A stretch of DNA of 64,000 nucleotides from Candidatus Marinacidobacterium sp. (GTDB lineage: Bacteria; Acidobacteriota; Vicinamibacteria; Marinacidobacterales; Marinacidobacteraceae). The translations under genes and the position numbers were made by a program. Of this stretch, positions 50,803 through 61,485 are shown piece after piece (within the stretch, counting starts at the first letter, position 1; every line of letters begins with the position of its first letter). The notes beneath the pieces are model-generated. The model worked only from the letters and a program-made list of their open reading frames with translations. It did no database searches and was not told the origin of the DNA. Location of the stretch: assembly GCA_965220965.1 (NCBI GenBank), contig OZ244852.1, positions 2,560,001 to 2,624,000 of the forward strand. Direction: 5' to 3'.

Positions 50803-52269
50803 TCAGAGGTTGCCGTTCGTCCAGATCTCCAGACCCCGGACGATGCAGTCCTCCATCCACTCCTCGAATCGGTCCTGGATGGCGTCCGGGTCTTCCTGGT
50901 AGTTGACCTGGAACACCTCGTTCGAGAGCGTCGTCACCGGCCCCGTCTCGCGGATGTCGGGATCGGCCTGCAGCCGCTGGAAGAAAAGAGGGCAGCAGGC
51001 GAGCACTCCCCGGAACTCCCGCCCGATTCCGTGGAACGCGAACAGGATCTGGCTCTGGTCGGCGTTATCGATCACGAGCCGCGCCCAGGATCGATAGGAC
51101 TCCAGACCGGCGAAGTAGTCGAGCCGCCGGGCGGCCGAAACGATCTGCTGACGGAAGAAGTGGCTCCGCGGTCCCCGGTCCGCCTCGCTGTCCACGAAGG
51201 TGCGCCACTTCCCCGGGAGGAGCGGCAGGAGTTCGGCTTCCAGTTCCTGTTGCACCCGGCCGAGGCGCTTCGCCGCGAGTTGCCGCACATCGTCGGCCCG
51301 GTCTTTGGCGACGTTCCATTCCTTACGGAGGACTCCCTGCTGGTATTCGAGCTGCTGCCGGGTCGCGCTGATGAAGCTCTCCGCGCGCAGAGCTCGCTCG
51401 ACCTGATGCGATAGCCCGATCGCCCGCACCAGCTCCCGCCGCTGGATCGCGCTGAAGAACCGGACGAGGGGTCTCAGGTCACCTTCGTCGGCCTTCTCCA
51501 AGGTGTCCAGATACTCGCTCCTGGTCGCGCTGCGGACCACCAGCGGAAAGCGGCCCGCCTTGAGCATCACGAGCGTTGCGAGCGCGCGGGCGATCCGGCC
51601 GTTCCCGTCCTGGAACGGATGGATCTGGGTGAAGCGGTGGTGCAGCCACGCGGCCTCGACTTCGGGCGCAACGCCCTCGTGGCTCTGGTGGAGCTCGATC
51701 AGGCGGTCCATTTCGGAAGTGACCTGCTCGGGAGGGCAGTACTGGTGGACCCGGCCATCCCGTCCGGTCGGATTGTTGGGGCGCAGCTTCCAGTCGCCGT
51801 GAAGGAGCGGAATCCGGACCCTCCTGCCCGCCGGGTCCCTCCCCTCGGCATGGAGCTGGTTCCGGGTCATGAGCTGGTGCAGTTCCTTGATGTAACTGGT
51901 CGAGAGCGGGCGCTCCTCCTTGATGAAGTCGAAGAGGAATTCGATGGCGGCCTCGTGATCCCGGATCATCGAGGCGACGGCCTCCGGACTCTCGCCGGAC
52001 CCGCGGGGGATGAGCGAGGAATCGATCCCGCGCTCGATGAGGAGTTCCGTGATTTCCGGATCGAACGCGTAGACCCGTTCGATGAGTCCGGTCTCGATGG
52101 CCCACTCCCGGCGCAGCCTCCGGTGGAACTCCGCGAGCGGATCCGGGGGCGCGAGCGGCTCGAGGTCGCTGGCCCAGATGCGCGCCAGAACCGCCACCTC
52201 ACCCCCGGCCAGCGCGGTCGGATCTGACTCGTAGTCCCGGATCGGCGCCCAGCGGCGCGCGGTCCCCAT
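50803..52269 (-). CDS. Fic-family protein with a long C-terminal domain
   Basis: Canonical active-site motif HPFQDGNGRIAR. Confidence 0.9.
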   Translation of the reverse strand: MGTARRWAPIRDYESDPTALAGGEVAVLARIWASDLEPLAPPDPLAEFHRRLRREWAIETGLIERVYAFDPEITELLIERGIDSSLIPRGSGESPEAVASMIRDHEAAIEFLFDFIKEERPLSTSYIKELHQLMTRNQLHAEGRDPAGRRVRIPLLHGDWKLRPNNPTGRDGRVHQYCPPEQVTSEMDRLIELHQSHEGVAPEVEAAWLHHRFTQIHPFQDGNGRIARALATLVMLKAGRFPLVVRSATRSEYLDTLEKADEGDLRPLVRFFSAIQRRELVRAIGLSHQVERALRAESFISATRQQLEYQQGVLRKEWNVAKDRADDVRQLAAKRLGRVQQELEAELLPLLPGKWRTFVDSEADRGPRSHFFRQQIVSAARRLDYFAGLESYRSWARLVIDNADQSQILFAFHGIGREFRGVLACCPLFFQRLQADPDIRETGPVTTLSNEVFQVNYQEDPDAIQDRFEEWMEDCIVRGLEIWTNGNL

Positions 52270-52303
52270 CAGGTCGCTCTGTTGGTTCCGCGCTCCCGGG
52301 GTC

Positions 52304-53344
52304 CTACCCGCAGGCGCGTCGGAGGATGTCGAGGCCGCCGGGGACCGGGGCGCCGCTCTCGTTCACCGGCGGGGCGGCGATGAGCGTCGTCACTCCGGCC
52401 TCCCGGTAGGCCGCCATCCGCTCCGCGATCCGCGCGGGCGGGCCGAGCAGCGAGAGCTCGTCCACCAGCGCGTCGGGCACGGCGGCCGCGGCTTCGTTCT
52501 TCTTCCCGTCGAGGTAGAGCTCCTGGATCGTCCGCGCGGCGTCCTGGTAGCCGTAGCGCCGCGCCAGGTCGTTGTAGAAGTTCTTCTTCCGCGCGCCCAT
52601 GCCCCCCACGTAGAGCGCGATCTCGGGACGCAGTTCGTCGCGGAGCCGCGGCAGGTCCTCGCCGACGGCGGTGTTCACCATGGGGGCGACCTCGAGCGGC
52701 GCCGGACGGGTCCGGCGGGCCGCGCCGGCCGCGAGCGACGGACCCCAGATGTTTGCGGCTTTCTCCGGTGAGTAGAGGAAGGGAAGCCATCCATCCGCCG
52801 CTTCGCCCGCGAGTTCGGTGTTCTTCGGTCCGATGGTCGCGAGCCAGATCGGGACGTCCCGCCGCGGGGGGCGGAGCATGATCCGGAGCGGCTTCCCGAG
52901 CCCGGTTCCGCCTTCGAGCGGCAGCCGCACGGTGTCCCCCGCGTAGGTCAGCGGGGCCTCCCGCCGGAGCGCTCCGCGGATTACTTCCACCGTCTCGCGG
53001 GTTCGCGTCACCGGCCGGGCGAACGGAACGCCGTGCCACCCCTCCATGACCTGGGGCCCCGACACCCCGAGGCCGAGGATCAGCCGCCCGCCGCTCAGGA
53101 GGTCCAGCGTCGCCGCCGTCTGCGCGAGGAGCGCCGGCGTCCGCGATCCGATCGGCAGGATCGCCGTTCCGAGGTTCACCCGCCGGGTCTTCGCGCCGAT
53201 CCACGCCAGCAGACTCACGCCGTCGGAACCCCAGGCCTCCGAAACCCACACCGAATCGAATCCGGCCGCCTCCGCCTCCCCCGCCAGCGCGACCGGGTCG
53301 GGGGAGCCGGCGGTCAGGTAGCCGAGTTCCAGCCCCAGCTTCAC
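52304..53344 (-). CDS. LLM-class oxidoreductase, probably F420-dependent
   Basis: Motifs SEAWGSD, RTPALLAQTA, LGLGVSGPQVMEGWHG and YVGGMGARKKNFYN; GTGA overlap. Confidence 0.88.
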   Translation of the reverse strand: MKLGLELGYLTAGSPDPVALAGEAEAAGFDSVWVSEAWGSDGVSLLAWIGAKTRRVNLGTAILPIGSRTPALLAQTAATLDLLSGGRLILGLGVSGPQVMEGWHGVPFARPVTRTRETVEVIRGALRREAPLTYAGDTVRLPLEGGTGLGKPLRIMLRPPRRDVPIWLATIGPKNTELAGEAADGWLPFLYSPEKAANIWGPSLAAGAARRTRPAPLEVAPMVNTAVGEDLPRLRDELRPEIALYVGGMGARKKNFYNDLARRYGYQDAARTIQELYLDGKKNEAAAAVPDALVDELSLLGPPARIAERMAAYREAGVTTLIAAPPVNESGAPVPGGLDILRRACG

Positions 53345-53856
53345 GGCGTCTCCGTGCTCCCTCCGCCGGCGCCCGCCGCGCTGTCCTGGAGCCACCGGAC
53401 CAGCGCCTTTTGCGGGTCGGCGAGCTCGGCGACCGAGGCGTACCAGGAGGCTTCCCACCCCTCGAGCGGCAGCCCGGTGAACAGCATCAGGTTGAGCGGG
53501 TAGTTCTGCGAGTCGGTGCAGCGGCGGAAGTCGTCGCGGAACAGGAAGGTCGGCTTGCCCCACGCGATCGCCATCCCGAGCTCGACCATGACCCCCTCGT
53601 CGGGAGGGCAGCCGTTCACCACGCCGAAGAAGCCATCGGACTCGCGAACGTCCCGGAGGTCGGCCTGCCCGACCCGCCAGGCCCAGTCGGGCGCCGAGAG
53701 GTCGACCTGGTTGTTCCGGGCGAACGGCTCCCAGACTTCGGCGCCCAGCGCCTCGAGCGCTTCGATGAGCTCCTCGAGCGGGCCCTTTCGTTGCTGCGCG
53801 GAGAAGCCGTAGGGGTTCGCCAGATAAAGGGTCTTGCGTTTCGTCGGGGGTGTCAT
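53341..53856 (-). CDS. nucleoside 2-deoxyribosyltransferase-family protein
   Basis: Motifs LYLANPYGFS, D...V..SD, PDEGVMVELGMA and NLML. Confidence 0.88.
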   Translation of the reverse strand: MTPPTKRKTLYLANPYGFSAQQRKGPLEELIEALEALGAEVWEPFARNNQVDLSAPDWAWRVGQADLRDVRESDGFFGVVNGCPPDEGVMVELGMAIAWGKPTFLFRDDFRRCTDSQNYPLNLMLFTGLPLEGWEASWYASVAELADPQKALVRWLQDSAAGAGGGSTETP

Positions 53857-54674
53857 CGGGTCGCCTTCCTCCTGGTTCGGCGGCGCGGAGCCGGCGGTTC
53901 GTCCCCCGGGTCCACGCCGATCCGGGGGCAGATGGTCTCCAGCGAGCACTCGCGGCAGCGGGGGCTGCGGGCCGCGCAGACCGCCCGGCCGTGGAGGATG
54001 ACCCGGTGGGAGAAGTGGGTCCACTCCCGCCGGGGCAGGAGCTCCATGAGTCGCTGCTCGGTGCGGACCGGATTCGCCTTGGGGGCGAGCCCCAGCCGAT
54101 GCGCGATCCGGAACACGTGGGTGTCCACCACGACGCCTTCGTTCCTGCCGAACCACGTGCCGAGAACCACGTTGGCCGTCTTCCTCGCCACCCCGGGCAG
54201 CGTGAGGAGTTCCTCCATCGTGTCCGGAACTTCGCCGCCGAAGTCGTCCCGGAGGCGCTGGGCGGCCCCCAGGATCGAGCGCGTCTTGTTCCGGAAGAAC
54301 CCGGTGGAGTGGATCATCGCCTCGAGGTCGTCCGGGTCGGCGTCCGCCAGGTCGGCGACCGTCGGGTAGCGGGCGAAGAGCGCCGGAGTCACCTGGTTGA
54401 CCCGGCGGTCGGTGCACTGGGCCGAGAGGATCGTGGCGATCAGGAGCTGGAGCGCCGAGTCGTGGGTCAGCGCGCAATCCGCGCCGGGATACTCCTTCGC
54501 CAGCGCGCGGACGATCCGCCCCGCCCGCCGCCGCAGCGCCCGCTCTTCGGGCGAGAGCGGCGTCTTCGCCCGCGCCGCGACCTTCCGGCCCGTCTTCTTG
54601 CGGGCGGCCCGTTTGCGCCCGGTCCGCCCGGCCCCCGGCGGATCCCCGGGAGCGGGCACGACCGGACCGGTCAG
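53853..54674 (-). CDS. nth: endonuclease III with basic terminal extensions
   Basis: ILSAQCTD, HhH motif [16 protein letters not shown] and Fe-S motif C-x6-C-x2-C-x5-C; start CTG 54674 or a nearby GTG. Confidence 0.95.
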   Translation of the reverse strand: MTGPVVPAPGDPPGAGRTGRKRAARKKTGRKVAARAKTPLSPEERALRRRAGRIVRALAKEYPGADCALTHDSALQLLIATILSAQCTDRRVNQVTPALFARYPTVADLADADPDDLEAMIHSTGFFRNKTRSILGAAQRLRDDFGGEVPDTMEELLTLPGVARKTANVVLGTWFGRNEGVVVDTHVFRIAHRLGLAPKANPVRTEQRLMELLPRREWTHFSHRVILHGRAVCAARSPRCRECSLETICPRIGVDPGDEPPAPRRRTRRKATR

Positions 54675-55450
54675 ACGAGCGGCGCGTCCGCGGGAGGGGA
54701 AGACGCGGTGGCGTAGCGGCGGCGGGGCATCCGTCCGGCGAGCCACGAGAGGCGCCCGGCTTCGCAGGCATGCCGCATGGCGCGCGCCATCCGGAGCGGA
54801 TCGCTGGCGGCCGCCACCGCGGTGTTGAGCAGCACCCCGTCGGCCCCCAGCTCCATGGCCACCGCCACATCGGACGCTTGGCCGACGCCGGCGTCCACGA
54901 TCACCGGGACGGACACCGCCTCCCGGATCAGCGCGATGTTGTTCCGGTTCTGGATCCCGAGTCCGGAGCCGATGGGGGCGCCGAGCGGCATGACGGCGGC
55001 GGCGCCGGCGTCCTCGAGCTTCTTCGCCATGACCACATCGTCGTTCGTGTAGGGCAGCACGATGAAGCCCTCGGCGACCAGCTCCCGGGTCGCGGCGAGG
55101 AGTTCCTCGTTGTCGGGAAACAGCGTCCGCCGGTCGCCGATGACCTCCAGCTTGATCCACTCGGAGAGCCCGGCCTCGCGGGCGAGGCGGGCCGTTCGCA
55201 CCGCCTCGGCGGCGTTGAAGCAGTCCGCGGTGTTCGGGAGCAGCGCGTAGCGGTCGCGGGGGATGTAATCCAGCAGCGTCTCGGCGGCCTCGAGGTCCAC
55301 GCGCCGCACCGCGACCGTGACCATCTCGCACCCGGAGGCTTCGTGGCAGTCCCGCATGACTCCGAACGAGGAGTACTTCCCGGTCCCCAGGATGAGCCGG
55401 GAACCGAAGCTCCGGCCTCCCAGCAGAAACGGATCCTGCGCCCCGGTCAT
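54671..55450 (-). CDS. thiG: thiazole synthase
   Basis: Motifs [36 protein letters not shown] and ATASSP. Confidence 0.97.
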   Translation of the reverse strand: MTGAQDPFLLGGRSFGSRLILGTGKYSSFGVMRDCHEASGCEMVTVAVRRVDLEAAETLLDYIPRDRYALLPNTADCFNAAEAVRTARLAREAGLSEWIKLEVIGDRRTLFPDNEELLAATRELVAEGFIVLPYTNDDVVMAKKLEDAGAAAVMPLGAPIGSGLGIQNRNNIALIREAVSVPVIVDAGVGQASDVAVAMELGADGVLLNTAVAAASDPLRMARAMRHACEAGRLSWLAGRMPRRRYATASSPPADAPLV

Positions 55451-55454
55451 GGCG

Positions 55455-55703
55455 TCATCCACCCCCCACGAACGTGACGATCTCGAGTCGGTCGCCGGCG
55501 CGGACTTCGGTCTCGGCGTGCCTCGCCCGCCGCACCAGCCGCCCGTTCACCTCGACCGCCACCGGCTTGTCGTCGAGACCCAGATCGGCGAGCGCCCCCC
55601 GGACCGAAGCCGGGTGAGGGAGGGGCCGCTCGCGCCCGTTCACGATCAGCACTTCGGGGCGCGGCGCCCCCGGTGGATCCACGGCGCGCGGCGCTTCCGA
55701 CAT
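55455..55703 (-). CDS. thiS: sulfur carrier protein
   Basis: VNG...VAVEVNG...[14 protein letters not shown]-terminus; adjacent to thiG. Confidence 0.92.
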   Translation of the reverse strand: MSEAPRAVDPPGAPRPEVLIVNGRERPLPHPASVRGALADLGLDDKPVAVEVNGRLVRRARHAETEVRAGDRLEIVTFVGGG

Positions 55704-55815
55704 CTTGTGTTTCCCGCCCGGAAGCCTACCCGGCCGCCGGGCTGACGAGAGGCGTGACCGGCAGGTTCGGCGGCTACCCTTGGCGCTTCCGCGCTCGTCC
55801 TCCCCCGAGCCCTCG

Positions 55816-57258
55816 ATGATGGCCCCCGCCACCCCCCCGGTACGGATCCCCGCCGTCGGGCGTCTGCTCGAAACCGGACCATTCCGGGAGCTCGCCGAAC
55901 GGTTCGGGAGGGAGCTCGTCACCGCCGCGCTCCGCCGTGAGGTCGCCGAGGTCCGGCGCGCCCTCCGCGCCGACGCCGGCCCTCCAGGTTTCGAGGGCGA
56001 TCCGGCCGCCTGGCTTTGCGGGTCGGTCGAGTTGCGCCTCGCCCGGTGGCGGGGGCCGCGGCTGCGCCGGGTGGTGAACGCCACCGGCGTCGTGGTGCAT
56101 ACCAACCTCGGACGCGCGGTCCTCGCCCCGCCCGCCGCGCAGGCGGTTTTTCGCGCGGCGAGCGGTCACGCCGACCTCGAGTTCGACCTGGAGACGGGCG
56201 CCCGGGGCAGCCGTCAGGACCATCTCAGCGGCCTCCTCGAGGCGATGTTCGGGGTCCCCGCCGCCCTCGTGGTGAACAACGCCGCCGGGGCGGTGCTGCT
56301 CGCGCTCGATTCGCTGGCCTCGGGAAAGGAGGTCGTGGTCTCGCGCGGCGAGCTCGTCGAGATCGGAGGGTCCTTCCGGGTGCCCGACGTTCTCGAAAAG
56401 AGCGGGGCGCGACTGCGGGAAGTCGGGACGACGAACCGGACGCGCGCCTCCGATTACCGCCGGGCGCTCGAGGCGGGCGGGGGCCGGGTCGGCGCCCTCC
56501 TCCGGGTCCATCAGTCGAACTTCCGCATCGTGGGTTTCACCGAAGCGGCGCGCACCCGGGAGCTCGTCGCCCTCGGCCGGGAGTTCGGGGTCCCGGTGAT
56601 CGAGGATTTCGGAAGCGGCAACCTGCTTCCCCTCGCGGACCACGGCGTCCGGGTGGGGGAAGACGAGCCGACCGTGCCCGACCGGGTGGCGGCGGGAGCG
56701 GACCTGCTCGTCTTTTCCGGCGACAAGCTGCTCGGCGGGCCGCAGGCCGGGATCCTGCTCGGCTCGGAGGAAGCGGTGGCCGCCTGCCGCGGGAATCCGC
56801 TGGCCCGGGCGCTCCGCGCCGACAAGACGGTGATCGCCGGGCTCCAGACAACGCTCTATCTGCATGCATCCGGGCGCTCCGGGGAGATCCCGGTGGTCCG
56901 GGCGATCACCCGGCCGCTCGCCGACATCCGGCGGGCCGTCAACGAGTTGCGGGAAGCGCTGACCGCGGTCGCCGCGCCCGGCTGGGATCTCGAAGCCGTT
57001 TCGGCGAGTTCCCGGATCGGCGGCGGCGCCGCCCCCGGAGCGGAGCTCCCGACATGGTGTCTCGGGATCTCCCACGCCCGTGAGGCGCCCGACCGGCTCC
57101 GCTCCCGGTTGCTCGCCGGCGAGCCGCCGGTCGTCACCCGGATCGTGGAGGGGCGGATCCTGCTCGATCTGCGAACCGTTCCCGGGGACGACATGCCCGA
57201 ACTCACCGATGCGCTCACCGCTATCGTGACCCGGAATCCGGAGGCACGGCGCGGGTAG
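55816..57258 (+). CDS. selA: L-seryl-tRNA(Sec) selenium transferase
   Basis: Motifs VNATGVVVHTNLGRA, VNNAAGA, SRGELVEIGGSFR, EVGTTNRT and FSGDKLLGGPQAG. Confidence 0.94.
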   Translation: MMAPATPPVRIPAVGRLLETGPFRELAERFGRELVTAALRREVAEVRRALRADAGPPGFEGDPAAWLCGSVELRLARWRGPRLRRVVNATGVVVHTNLGRAVLAPPAAQAVFRAASGHADLEFDLETGARGSRQDHLSGLLEAMFGVPAALVVNNAAGAVLLALDSLASGKEVVVSRGELVEIGGSFRVPDVLEKSGARLREVGTTNRTRASDYRRALEAGGGRVGALLRVHQSNFRIVGFTEAARTRELVALGREFGVPVIEDFGSGNLLPLADHGVRVGEDEPTVPDRVAAGADLLVFSGDKLLGGPQAGILLGSEEAVAACRGNPLARALRADKTVIAGLQTTLYLHASGRSGEIPVVRAITRPLADIRRAVNELREALTAVAAPGWDLEAVSASSRIGGGAAPGAELPTWCLGISHAREAPDRLRSRLLAGEPPVVTRIVEGRILLDLRTVPGDDMPELTDALTAIVTRNPEARRG

Positions 57259-57273
57259 GATCCCCGCCCCTCG

Positions 57274-58860
57274 ATGACGACGGACTCCCACGACAAGCCG
57301 CGGGCGCTGCTCAGTGTCAGCCGCAAGGACGGACTCGCCGACTTTGCGCGAGGCCTGGTGGAGCGCGGGTTCGAGATCGTCGCGAGCGGCGGCACCGCCC
57401 GCGCGCTGCGCGACGCCGGGATCCCGGTGCTCGGGGTTTCCGACGTCACCGGCCACCCCGAGGTCCTCGACGGCCGGGTGAAGACGCTCCACCCGGCGAT
57501 CCACGCCGGGGTCCTCGCGCGACCGTCGCGCCCGGACGACCTCGCGTCGCTCGACGCGCTCGGGATCCGGCGGATTTCGGTCGTGGCGGTCTACTTCTAC
57601 CCGTTCGAGCAGACCCTCGCCCGCGGCGCCCCGGAGGACGAAATCCTCGAGAACATCGACATCGGCGGGCCGTGTCTGGTGCGGGCCGCCGCCAAGAACT
57701 GGCCGGGAGTCACCGTGGTGGTGGACCCGGCGGAGTACCCGGCGGTCCTCGCGTCGCTCGACGATCCGGACGCCGCCGCCGGGCGCGCCTTCCGTCGTCG
57801 GCTGGCGGGGAGGGCGTTCGCCGCGACCTCCGCCTACGAGAACGCCATCGCCGGGTGGTTCGCTTCGCTCGAAGCTCCGGAGGACGGGGCCCGCTTTCCC
57901 GAGCGGCTCGAGCTGTCCTTCGCCCGGGTCGCCTCGCTGCGCTACGGCGAAAACCCCCACCAGGCGGCGGCGCTTTATCGCGACTCCGGCCCCGGAGCCC
58001 CCGCGGGCCGCCAGCTCCAGGGCAAGGAGCTCTCCTACAACAACATCCTGGATCTGGACGCCGCCATCCGCTGCGCCGCCGACCTCGCGACCCTTCCGGC
58101 GGGGCGGTCGGGAGCGGCCGCGGTCGTGATCAAGCACTCGAACCCGGCCGGCGCCGCGATCGCGGATACGCCGGTCTCGGCCTACGTCGCGGCGCGCGCC
58201 ACCGACCCGACTTCGGCCTTCGGCGGGATCGTCGCGCTGACTCGCGAAGTGGACCTCGATGCGGCGAAGGAGTTGGCCTCGACGTTCCTCGAAGCGATCG
58301 CGGCGCCCGGTTTCACCGAAGGCGCCAGAAAGCGTCTGCGGCGCAAGAAGAACCTCCGTCTCCTCGAAGTGGACGGCCTCGGGGACCCCGAGGGGCTCGC
58401 TCCGACAGGCCGCTACTACGCCCGGGTGGCGGGCGGCCTGCTCGCGCAGGACTGGGACGCCGGCGACGACGAGGACGCCTGGCGGGTCGTCAGCCGGGTC
58501 GAGCCCGATCCGGAGCAGCGGGACGGACTTCGATTCGCCTGGCGCGCCGCGAAGCACGTCAAGTCGAACGCGATCGTGGTGGCCCGCGGGAACGCCCTGC
58601 TCGGCGTCGGGGCCGGGCAGATGAGCCGGCTCGACTCCTGCCGGCTCGCGATCGGAAAAGCGGAGAGCTCGGTTCAGGGCGCGGTCGCCGCTTCGGACGC
58701 CTTCTTTCCCTTCGCGGACGGCCTCGAAACGCTGGGTGACGCCGGGGTGGCCGCCGTGATCCAGCCGGGAGGCTCCGTCCGGGACTCCGAGGTGATCGAG
58801 GCCGCCGACGCCCGCGGCATGGCGCTGGTCCTCACCGGAGCCCGCCACTTCCGCCACTGA
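57274..58860 (+). CDS. purH: bifunctional AICAR transformylase/IMP cyclohydrolase
   Basis: Motifs [46 protein letters not shown] and RHFRH. Confidence 0.97.
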   Translation: MTTDSHDKPRALLSVSRKDGLADFARGLVERGFEIVASGGTARALRDAGIPVLGVSDVTGHPEVLDGRVKTLHPAIHAGVLARPSRPDDLASLDALGIRRISVVAVYFYPFEQTLARGAPEDEILENIDIGGPCLVRAAAKNWPGVTVVVDPAEYPAVLASLDDPDAAAGRAFRRRLAGRAFAATSAYENAIAGWFASLEAPEDGARFPERLELSFARVASLRYGENPHQAAALYRDSGPGAPAGRQLQGKELSYNNILDLDAAIRCAADLATLPAGRSGAAAVVIKHSNPAGAAIADTPVSAYVAARATDPTSAFGGIVALTREVDLDAAKELASTFLEAIAAPGFTEGARKRLRRKKNLRLLEVDGLGDPEGLAPTGRYYARVAGGLLAQDWDAGDDEDAWRVVSRVEPDPEQRDGLRFAWRAAKHVKSNAIVVARGNALLGVGAGQMSRLDSCRLAIGKAESSVQGAVAASDAFFPFADGLETLGDAGVAAVIQPGGSVRDSEVIEAADARGMALVLTGARHFRH

Positions 58861-58868
58861 GGAATCAC

Positions 58869-59338
58869 GCGCTGCGCGCGAGGGGCCGGCTTGGCCACCC
58901 TCGGCGAAGTGATCACGCCGCTGCTCGCGGCCCCTCGCGCGCAGCGCCTGGCCCTCCGGGCCAGGAATCGAAAACTGCGCTTCGCGCGAGTTTCCGATTC
59001 GACGGATCCAATTTCGGGAGGGGGACACCCCCTCCCGGGCCCTCCCCCGGGGGAGGGGCGCTGTCGGTGGCAGAGCCGGACCATTCGCCGTCTCGTCCGG
59101 TCGGGCGACATCACGGCGGCGAGGGGCCGGCCTGGCCACCTTCGGCGAAGTGATCGCGCCGCTGCTCGCGGCCCCTCACGCGCAGCGCCTGGCCCTCCGG
59201 GCCAGGAATCGAAAACGGCGCCTCGCGCGAGTTTCCGATTCGACGGATCCATTTTCGGGAGGGGGACCCTCCCCCCTCCCCCGGGGGCCAGGAATCGAAG
59301 ACTGCGCTTCGCGCGAGTTTCCGATTCACACGGATCCA
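58869..59338. repeat. palindromic REP/BIME-like repeat array: two 149-bp units plus one 54-bp partial unit
   Basis: 58878-59026 versus 59119-59267 (7 mismatches by hand); partial copy at 59285-59338; each unit holds several hairpins. Confidence 0.88.
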
Positions 59339-59383
59339 GGTGCGGGATGACGGAGCGAAATCTCCGGCTCCGCTTCGCGCTCC

Positions 59384-59389
59384 TATAAT
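59384..59389 (+). promoter_or_regulatory. -10 box TATAAT 7 nt upstream of ATG (leaderless-type promoter)
   Basis: Perfect TATAAT in GC-rich context and no SD before ATG 59397. Confidence 0.6.
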
Positions 59390-59396
59390 TTCGTAG

Positions 59397-61412
59397 ATGC
59401 AGGCGTTCCGGCGAGTGCGGCGCGGGTGGGCCCACGGCGTCGCTGCGTGTGTGCTCTGGGCGGCCGCCAGCGCGGCGCAGTCGCCGGCGGACTCGACCGC
59501 GGAAACGGCGGAGGAGCCGGTCGCGCTGGACGCGGTCGCCGCCGCCTACCGGCACTTCGCCGAGGGGCGGATCGCGCAGATGGAGCGCGATCTCGAGAGC
59601 GCCCTCATGTCCTACCAGTTGGCCGCGCAGCTCGATTCCCGGGCGGCCGGGCCGCTGATCGCCCTCGCGGAGATCCGCTTCGGGGCGGGTGACTACGAAG
59701 CCGCCGAAACCGCCGCCGCCGAGGCGGTCGCCCGCGATCCGGAGGCCGGTCGCGCGCACCGGCTGCTTGGAGCGCTCCATTACCGGCGCGCCCGCTCCGG
59801 CGGGAACCGCGCCGATCTCGAGCAGGCGGTCGCCTCCTACGAAGAAGCCGTGCGGCTCGACCCGGACGATCTCGAGACCCGCTCGCGGCTTGCCCGGCTG
59901 CTCCAGCCGATGGGTCGGGTGGAGGAGGCCTCGGATCACCTCCGGGAGCTCGTCCGCCGCGCGCCGGACGCCTTCACCGAACTCCAGGAGCTGGCGGGCC
60001 TGCGCCTCGCCGCCGGGGACCGGGAGCAGGCCTTCGACTATCTGATTCAGTCCCTCCAGGTCGAGCCGCGGAACCCCGACGCCCGCAAGATGCTCGATGA
60101 CCTGCTCCGGGAAGCCATCCCGGGCCGGACCGGCGAGGAGGCGCTCGAGGCCGTCGCCGATCTCTACCGGGGGGCCGTCTCCGAGCATCCCGAGGATCCG
60201 GCGCTGCAGCTCTCGCTCGCCGACGCGCTCGCGCGGCTCGGGCGACTCGACGAGGCCGCGGAGACGTTCGAGGCGCTGGTCGCCGTCGAACCGCAGAGCG
60301 AGATCGCGCTCATGGGCCTCGCCATGGTGCGGCGCGAACAGAAGCGACTCGCGGACGCCGAAGAAGCGCTCACCCGGCTGGTGGATCTGAACAGCCGCAG
60401 CGTGCCCGGCCGCCTGGCGCTGGGAGGCGTGTTCGCCGCGCAGTGCGAGCACGAGCGCGCGGTGGATCAGTTCGAGTCGCTTATCGCGCTTCCGACCGAC
60501 GCCTACGGCGCCGGGCGTCGACGCGAAGTCCTGGGGCGGCTGGCGCAGTCGCTCGAGCAGCTCGGTCGACACGACGAGGCGCTCGCCACGCTGTCCGAAG
60601 CCGTCCGGATCGCCGGCGGGGATCCGGAGGCGTCGCTTCCGTTCCGGGTGGCCGAGGTCCAGAACCGGCTCGAAGCCGGCGATCCGCAGGAGGCGGCGCG
60701 CCGGATCGCCGAGCTGGTGGATGACGCCACCGGCGATCCGGGTCTTCTCGCGCTGCAGGCCAGGGTGCTCGCGGCCGCCGGGCAGCCGGACGCCGCGCTG
60801 GGAATCCTCCGCGGCCTCACGTCGCGCTTTCCGGACGTGGCGGGCGTCCGGTTTGCGGTGATCCGCCACCACACCGAGGCCGGCGACCTCCCCGCCGCCG
60901 AGGAGTTGACGCGCTCCTGGCTGGAAGAGAACCCCGATGACACCAGCTTCCGTTTCCAGTTGGCGGCTCTCCTCGAGCGCCAGGGACGGCTCGAAGAGGC
61001 CGAGACCGAGTTCCGGCGGGTCATCGAGGCGGTCCCCGATCACGACCTCGCGCTGAACTACCTGGGCTACATGCTGGCGGACGCCGGGCGGCGACTCGAC
61101 GAGTCCGAGGAACTCATCCGCCGGGCTGTCGAACAGGACCCCTGGAACGGGTCCTACCTGGACAGTCTGGGTTGGGTCCAGTTCCGGCAGGGCGAGATCG
61201 AACTCGCCGAGCCGAACCTGCTGCGGGCGCAGCGCTGCATGCCGCAAAACAGCGTGGTGCTGGACCATCTGGGCGACCTCTACCAGGCGAAGGGAAACGC
61301 GGCGGAGGCCGTCCGCTTCTGGCGCCTCGCGCTCGAGCACGACGAGGACGGCGAGCTCGAAGAGGCGCAGATCGTTCGCAAGATCGAGGAAGCCGGCCAC
61401 GAGCAGGATTGA
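59397..61412 (+). CDS. tetratricopeptide repeat protein, secreted
   Basis: Signal peptide; TPR repeats; [19 protein letters not shown] and DHLGD, typical of the TPR gene upstream of lolB-ispE. Confidence 0.9.
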   Translation: MQAFRRVRRGWAHGVAACVLWAAASAAQSPADSTAETAEEPVALDAVAAAYRHFAEGRIAQMERDLESALMSYQLAAQLDSRAAGPLIALAEIRFGAGDYEAAETAAAEAVARDPEAGRAHRLLGALHYRRARSGGNRADLEQAVASYEEAVRLDPDDLETRSRLARLLQPMGRVEEASDHLRELVRRAPDAFTELQELAGLRLAAGDREQAFDYLIQSLQVEPRNPDARKMLDDLLREAIPGRTGEEALEAVADLYRGAVSEHPEDPALQLSLADALARLGRLDEAAETFEALVAVEPQSEIALMGLAMVRREQKRLADAEEALTRLVDLNSRSVPGRLALGGVFAAQCEHERAVDQFESLIALPTDAYGAGRRREVLGRLAQSLEQLGRHDEALATLSEAVRIAGGDPEASLPFRVAEVQNRLEAGDPQEAARRIAELVDDATGDPGLLALQARVLAAAGQPDAALGILRGLTSRFPDVAGVRFAVIRHHTEAGDLPAAEELTRSWLEENPDDTSFRFQLAALLERQGRLEEAETEFRRVIEAVPDHDLALNYLGYMLADAGRRLDESEELIRRAVEQDPWNGSYLDSLGWVQFRQGEIELAEPNLLRAQRCMPQNSVVLDHLGDLYQAKGNAAEAVRFWRLALEHDEDGELEEAQIVRKIEEAGHEQD

Positions 61413-61485
61413 GCAATCCGGCGCTCTGCGCCGCGCTCCGGTCCCCGGAGAAACCGGCCCCGGCCGGCGGAAGCAGGCCGACGCG

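Noticed and set aside
55704-55815. TPP riboswitch upstream of thiS-thiG, or ZTP riboswitch upstream of purH
   Set aside because: No CTGAGA/ACCTG core on the thiS strand, and purH is only 15 nt from the selA stop
58869-59338. CRISPR array
   Set aside because: The units are 54-149 bp with unequal spacing, the intervening DNA is itself repeated or palindromic, and there are no cas genes
58891-59388. 165-aa ORF across the repeat array
   Set aside because: It is a translation of palindromic repeats with no protein-like motifs
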